From IMG/VR virus record IMGVR_UViG_3300021142_000002, positions 1-64,000 of that record: a stretch of DNA of 64,000 nt. One strand, given 5' to 3'. Positions 60,306 through 64,000 of the stretch are shown in pieces (within the stretch, counting starts at the first letter, position 1; each line of letters opens with the position of its first letter). The position numbers were made by a program, and so were the translations under genes. Below the pieces are notes generated by a model. That model had not been told where the DNA came from. It made no database searches and was given only the letters and a program-made list of their open reading frames with translations.

Positions 60306-60337
60306 TAGAGAGATAGTCTATATAGATTATCTCTCTA
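60306..60337. terminator. 32-bp palindrome with one mismatch
   Basis: TAGAGAGATAgTCTAT|ATAGAtTATCTCTCTA. Confidence 0.7.
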
Positions 60338-60347
60338 GTATTAGTTT

Positions 60348-60578
60348 CTACCATAAAGGAAAAACTGCATTAATATCATTGAGTGCTGTTTCAACAGATG
60401 ATCCTGCAACCACTACTGGATTAGCCGTCCACCATTGTTGTACAATCCTTTTATTAACCGCTGAAATTTTATAATGACTTAAACTAACCATCACCTTTCT
60501 TTTAAAGGCTGCTGTAATTCTACCATTGCTACCACGTTTAATCTGAGTACCACTTGTTTCTAGAGTCGATGTGCTCAT
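60348..60578 (-). CDS. Small hypothetical protein
   Basis: 76-aa ORF with AGGT RBS at the end of the head operon. Confidence 0.55.
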   Translation of the reverse strand: MSTSTLETSGTQIKRGSNGRITAAFKRKVMVSLSHYKISAVNKRIVQQWWTANPVVVAGSSVETALNDINAVFPLW

Positions 60579-60609
60579 AATTTTCTACCTATTAAATATA
60601 TTAAAGAAC

Positions 60610-61218
60610 TTAAGCCATTTTATCATGTCTACCCATTGGGCGACGCCAGGCATTGGCTGTTACTTCCATCTTAGTACCTCCTTCTAAAGGCCAGATAGAC
60701 TGGTTAGCACTATCAAATGATGTTCCACCTTTAGTAACATTATTACTAATACCGCTTAATTGCATTTCTGTAAAGAATAGATGGGCTCTAAGTAGAGTAT
60801 GTGCAATGCCTAATAGATATTGCTCACCCTTTTTCATTCTTACCCAATGTAAAATAACCTCTTTATCATAAGCTTCATTATTAGGTAATCCTAATTCATT
60901 TAAAACAGCTTTACGATGAGTTAAATATTTTCTATATTCTGCATCTGCTTGATAGTCCATTAAGGGAGATGCCTTATTGCCCTCAATGCACTCTAACCAG
61001 AATCTAGGTAATGTTCTCCATTTACCTGTTTTCATATTTTCTAAGCAATCGTGGAGTAAATCCCAATAAGTAAAACTCTTTCCTAAAATAGGGTCATTGA
61101 CATTATAAGTATTAAACATACTCATTAATTCCATGATGTTAACTACTTTAGGATCTGGAGCATTCTTTGATTGTTTAAAAATGGTGTGCAGTAAATTAGC
61201 TCTCTCTTCATTAAACAT
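60610..61218 (-). CDS. Hypothetical protein in the head gene cluster
   Basis: Probable start MFNEER, overlapping the stop of the gp90-like gene. Confidence 0.55.
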   Translation of the reverse strand: MFNEERANLLHTIFKQSKNAPDPKVVNIMELMSMFNTYNVNDPILGKSFTYWDLLHDCLENMKTGKWRTLPRFWLECIEGNKASPLMDYQADAEYRKYLTHRKAVLNELGLPNNEAYDKEVILHWVRMKKGEQYLLGIAHTLLRAHLFFTEMQLSGISNNVTKGGTSFDSANQSIWPLEGGTKMEVTANAWRRPMGRHDKMA

Positions 61219-62143
61219 TATCATGAGCTTTTTCTTCCATGTCTTCAATCTTAGCAGAAATTTTATTAATCAAATTACTATAATAAGCAATTTGTTTTTC
61301 TAAAGATTGTACCTTATTAGGATCTTCAGTAGCTATTGCATCGGCCTGTAAAGCTTTTAGAATTAATTGTATTCTAATTAATTCAGCTTTATTTTTTTCA
61401 TGGCGTTCAGCTCTCCAACCATTCATAGCTAAGCCACAAATATACCAAGGATTCCATGTAACAAAGGCTGTACAGGCCTTATAAGGATCTAATTTATCAG
61501 TCATTGTAGGATGACTAGATTCCCAGTCTTGTTCATTAAAGGTATGGCCTTTAAGATCTTTAATACTATTTAAGAAATGAGTTAATGGCTGCATATGCAT
61601 ATTAACTGCTGCTGCAAAGGCCATTATATTTTCTAGTTCATTAACATATTCAATGTCGCATTTAATGGTCGGACTAAAGAAGACTTCAGGGCTATAACCA
61701 TCTTTTAAATGCTTAGATAATACGGTCTCACATGCTACTGCAGTTAGCCATGCTTTAGCATAATCACTAATTAAAGTAATTCCTTCGATGTATTTAATGA
61801 TATTAAGCCTGTAATAGTCCGAAGTAATTTTTAAATTCTCTTCAGTAAATTCTTGCTTAATTAAAGCGATGACATGATCCTCATTATCTTGAATCATTTG
61901 CACTACTTTTTTAATTGTTTCATACGCACTTTCATGATAGCCATGAATGTATTTTTTTAATTCAAATTCAGTATTATCGAGTGTTTTACCTACAAAACCT
62001 GCAACGCCTGAAATAGAGTACATAGGCTCAATAGTGCCATTAATTTCAGCAAAGGCATGCTGAGCATCAATGGAAATATCTGTTCTTTTAAAGGTAGGAA
62101 TTAATCGCTTAAAATAATTCCCTAAGTTTGATAATTTAAACAT
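61211..62143 (-). CDS. Head protein (phiKZ gp90-like)
   Basis: YFxxLIPTFxRxxI, KLDP...WNPxY and LEKQIxYY motifs; synteny. Confidence 0.7.
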   Translation of the reverse strand: MFKLSNLGNYFKRLIPTFKRTDISIDAQHAFAEINGTIEPMYSISGVAGFVGKTLDNTEFELKKYIHGYHESAYETIKKVVQMIQDNEDHVIALIKQEFTEENLKITSDYYRLNIIKYIEGITLISDYAKAWLTAVACETVLSKHLKDGYSPEVFFSPTIKCDIEYVNELENIMAFAAAVNMHMQPLTHFLNSIKDLKGHTFNEQDWESSHPTMTDKLDPYKACTAFVTWNPWYICGLAMNGWRAERHEKNKAELIRIQLILKALQADAIATEDPNKVQSLEKQIAYYSNLINKISAKIEDMEEKAHDNV

Positions 62144-62164
62144 AATTTAATTCCTGATAGTAGT

Positions 62165-63268
62165 TTATAGTTGAGCTGCATTGCCTAGATTATAAGCTCT
62201 CATGATATCATCAATATTAACACCATTAGCCTTTTTAGAATTTTGTTTAATATCATCTAGCGTATACTCACCATAATGATCAATACCTCTTTGATACATG
62301 GTGAATCTTTCCATTCTGGTATCAACAACTATTAACATCATAGTAAAGTTATTTTCAAAATACTTATTTCTAACATGAGTATCTTTTAAACTACCTTTTA
62401 AAACGAGTTCTAAATCAGAAGCTGTTTGCTTACTGATAATGACCATAGTGGAAATAGAGTTAGGTGATCCATAACCAGAAGCTAATGACGCTAATGCATC
62501 ATTGATCTTTTTACTACGTGCTTTAGATAATAAACCTGTTTTATCAGCTAAGATAGCTTTTTTATCAGCTTCAATTAAATCCTGGCATAATAAAAAATCT
62601 CTAAAGAAAGAAATCTCACCAGAGCGCCACTGGTGATAACGAGTACCAAAGTTTAAATCAGCAGAGTTAGATTTAGCAATGAATAAAAAATCATCAGGTT
62701 CAATAGATTTAGGGTTTAAACGACAAACCACAGGAATGCTGACTGTATTATTACCTTCTCTTAATTTTACATCTAATAGCTTGCCGACTGCTAAATTACT
62801 CTCTTCCGTGATATTGTGTATAGTCTTATCAAACTCAAAAGACTTCTGTGAAGAAGATTGATCACCTAGTGCTTCGGTGCCATAAGAAGGTAGATAATGA
62901 GCCGTATCATCAATGGAATTTAATCCAGTCCATCTCGATAACTCAGCGGCATGCATAACTGTTCTATCAGTAGAAAATTGGTCTAAAACCTGCATAACCC
63001 TAACACTATCTACTGACATAGCAATATTTACTGCAGATAAATAATATCCACAATAAATAGATAAAAGAGTTTGCATTAAAGATGAAACTTGTTTTGGATC
63101 TAAACCTAAAACTCTTTTGTCGATCAAGACAACTGGATTGAGTTGAGTCGGTTTAGTATATTCAGTTAATGAGCCATTAGACATACTGGCAAACTGATTA
63201 GCTGACTGAGCTGCAATAGATAATAAACTAAGGTCAGCACCTGCAATAGCACTTAAAATTTTAGACAT
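62165..63268 (-). CDS. Head protein (phiKZ gp89-like)
   Basis: SLTEYTKxxxxxPxVLID, NLAVGKLLxV, RYHxWRSGEIxFxRDxxLCxDLI and IxxAYxxGxA motifs. Confidence 0.78.
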   Translation of the reverse strand: MSKILSAIAGADLSLLSIAAQSANQFASMSNGSLTEYTKPTQLNPVVLIDKRVLGLDPKQVSSLMQTLLSIYCGYYLSAVNIAMSVDSVRVMQVLDQFSTDRTVMHAAELSRWTGLNSIDDTAHYLPSYGTEALGDQSSSQKSFEFDKTIHNITEESNLAVGKLLDVKLREGNNTVSIPVVCRLNPKSIEPDDFLFIAKSNSADLNFGTRYHQWRSGEISFFRDFLLCQDLIEADKKAILADKTGLLSKARSKKINDALASLASGYGSPNSISTMVIISKQTASDLELVLKGSLKDTHVRNKYFENNFTMMLIVVDTRMERFTMYQRGIDHYGEYTLDDIKQNSKKANGVNIDDIMRAYNLGNAAQL

Positions 63269-63306
63269 ACTACTTTTCCTTTTATAAATATTAATTTGGA
63301 CACGTT

Positions 63307-64000
63307 ATGAGCGATATCGGCAAAATAGACAGCGGACTAATAGATATCTCATCTAGAAGCCAACCCTTTGGGGGCAGTAACATATCCACTTATTCTGTCT
63401 TTAGAGGACTGAATGCTTTAGGGGGTATTCCTGCTCTTCTTCCTAACACCGACAACCAAGGCTATGTATTCTTTACAAAACCTTGCCTAAACTTATCATA
63501 CGATAATGTTATACCTTTTAGAAAATTAGTATATTTGGCGGATACTAGACCTACCTCGATGGGTAATGCTATTCGCTGTATGTTAAGTCCTAGCTTAATG
63601 GAAGGTAATGAAAACAATAGATCATTAATAGTAGATGATAAATGCGCTTTTTTACCCATTAGTAATTTACTTAGAAAACTCAGCGCACCACCTGATATTG
63701 TTGCTGATGTTTATACCTCTAGTGAAGGCTATAATAAAGAGCAGATTAGCTTTATTGATAGTAAAACAGGTATCTATAATGCCTATGATTTAACAGCTGA
63801 ATTCCAAAATATGGAGGGTGATCCCATTACTAGCATTTTTGATAGCTGGATCATTTATGCACAACGAGTCCTTGATGGCACTATGCTACCCTTTCCTAGA
63901 AATCAAATAGAAAGGCGAGTAGATTATCAAACGAGAATCTATAGATTGATTATGGATAGAAATAAAGAATATGTGCAAAAGATATCAGTCTCTGATGCAT
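63307..64000 (+). CDS. Virion structural protein (phiKZ gp88-like), 3' truncated by window edge; not in ORF track
   Basis: ATG 63307 opens MSDIGKID...NxDNQGYVFFTKPCLNLSYDNV...AIRCML...FQNMEGDPI...VDYQTRIYRLIMD, open to the window end. Confidence 0.7.
   Translation, partial: MSDIGKIDSGLIDISSRSQPFGGSNISTYSVFRGLNALGGIPALLPNTDNQGYVFFTKPCLNLSYDNVIPFRKLVYLADTRPTSMGNAIRCMLSPSLMEGNENNRSLIVDDKCAFLPISNLLRKLSAPPDIVADVYTSSEGYNKEQISFIDSKTGIYNAYDLTAEFQNMEGDPITSIFDSWIIYAQRVLDGTMLPFPRNQIERRVDYQTRIYRLIMDRNKEYVQKISVSDA

Noticed and set aside
2250-60337. Palindromes as CRISPR repeats, REP elements or MITE ends
   Set aside because: They are dispersed singly and differ in sequence. No spacers, target-site duplications or transposase were seen.
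63462-63659. Minus-strand 65-aa ORF
   Set aside because: Antisense to the gp88-like gene starting at 63307.
1-64000. Stop-codon reassignment, tRNA or rRNA genes
   Set aside because: Conserved genes are full-length under the standard code and end in TAA, TAG or TGA. No cloverleaf or rRNA-like sequence was recognised in the short intergenic gaps.

Overview
AT-rich segment of a phiKZ-like jumbo phage genome (probably Chimalliviridae). Evidence is a phiKZ-type core block recognisable by motifs and gene order: portal (gp129-like), gp128/gp127-like proteins, RuvC, a non-virion RNAP beta fragment (gp123-like), major capsid protein (gp120-like) and DnaB (gp118-like). A second block holds gp101-gp98-like proteins, five inner-head paralogs and gp90/89/88-like proteins. 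Bases 1-17 kb are an accessory array of very large repeat-rich tail-fibre/adhesin genes, one ending in a clan GH-A-like hydrolase domain. Accessory genes include a class II ribonucleotide reductase (NrdJa), a helicase with a class 3 intein, a lipase plus two GNATs, a signal-peptide SLT and a lipoprotein. There are two candidate anti-immune-signalling genes: a Gp49/DUF2829-type multi-domain fusion and a Csx20-like CARF protein. The most striking non-coding feature is a family of about 17 intergenic 27-34 bp palindromes. Eleven are perfect and loop-less, and nearly all have a T|A dyad centre. Candidate early (TATACATTATCTA) and late (TATG) promoter motifs recur. All family assignments come from motif recall and synteny; no database search was run.
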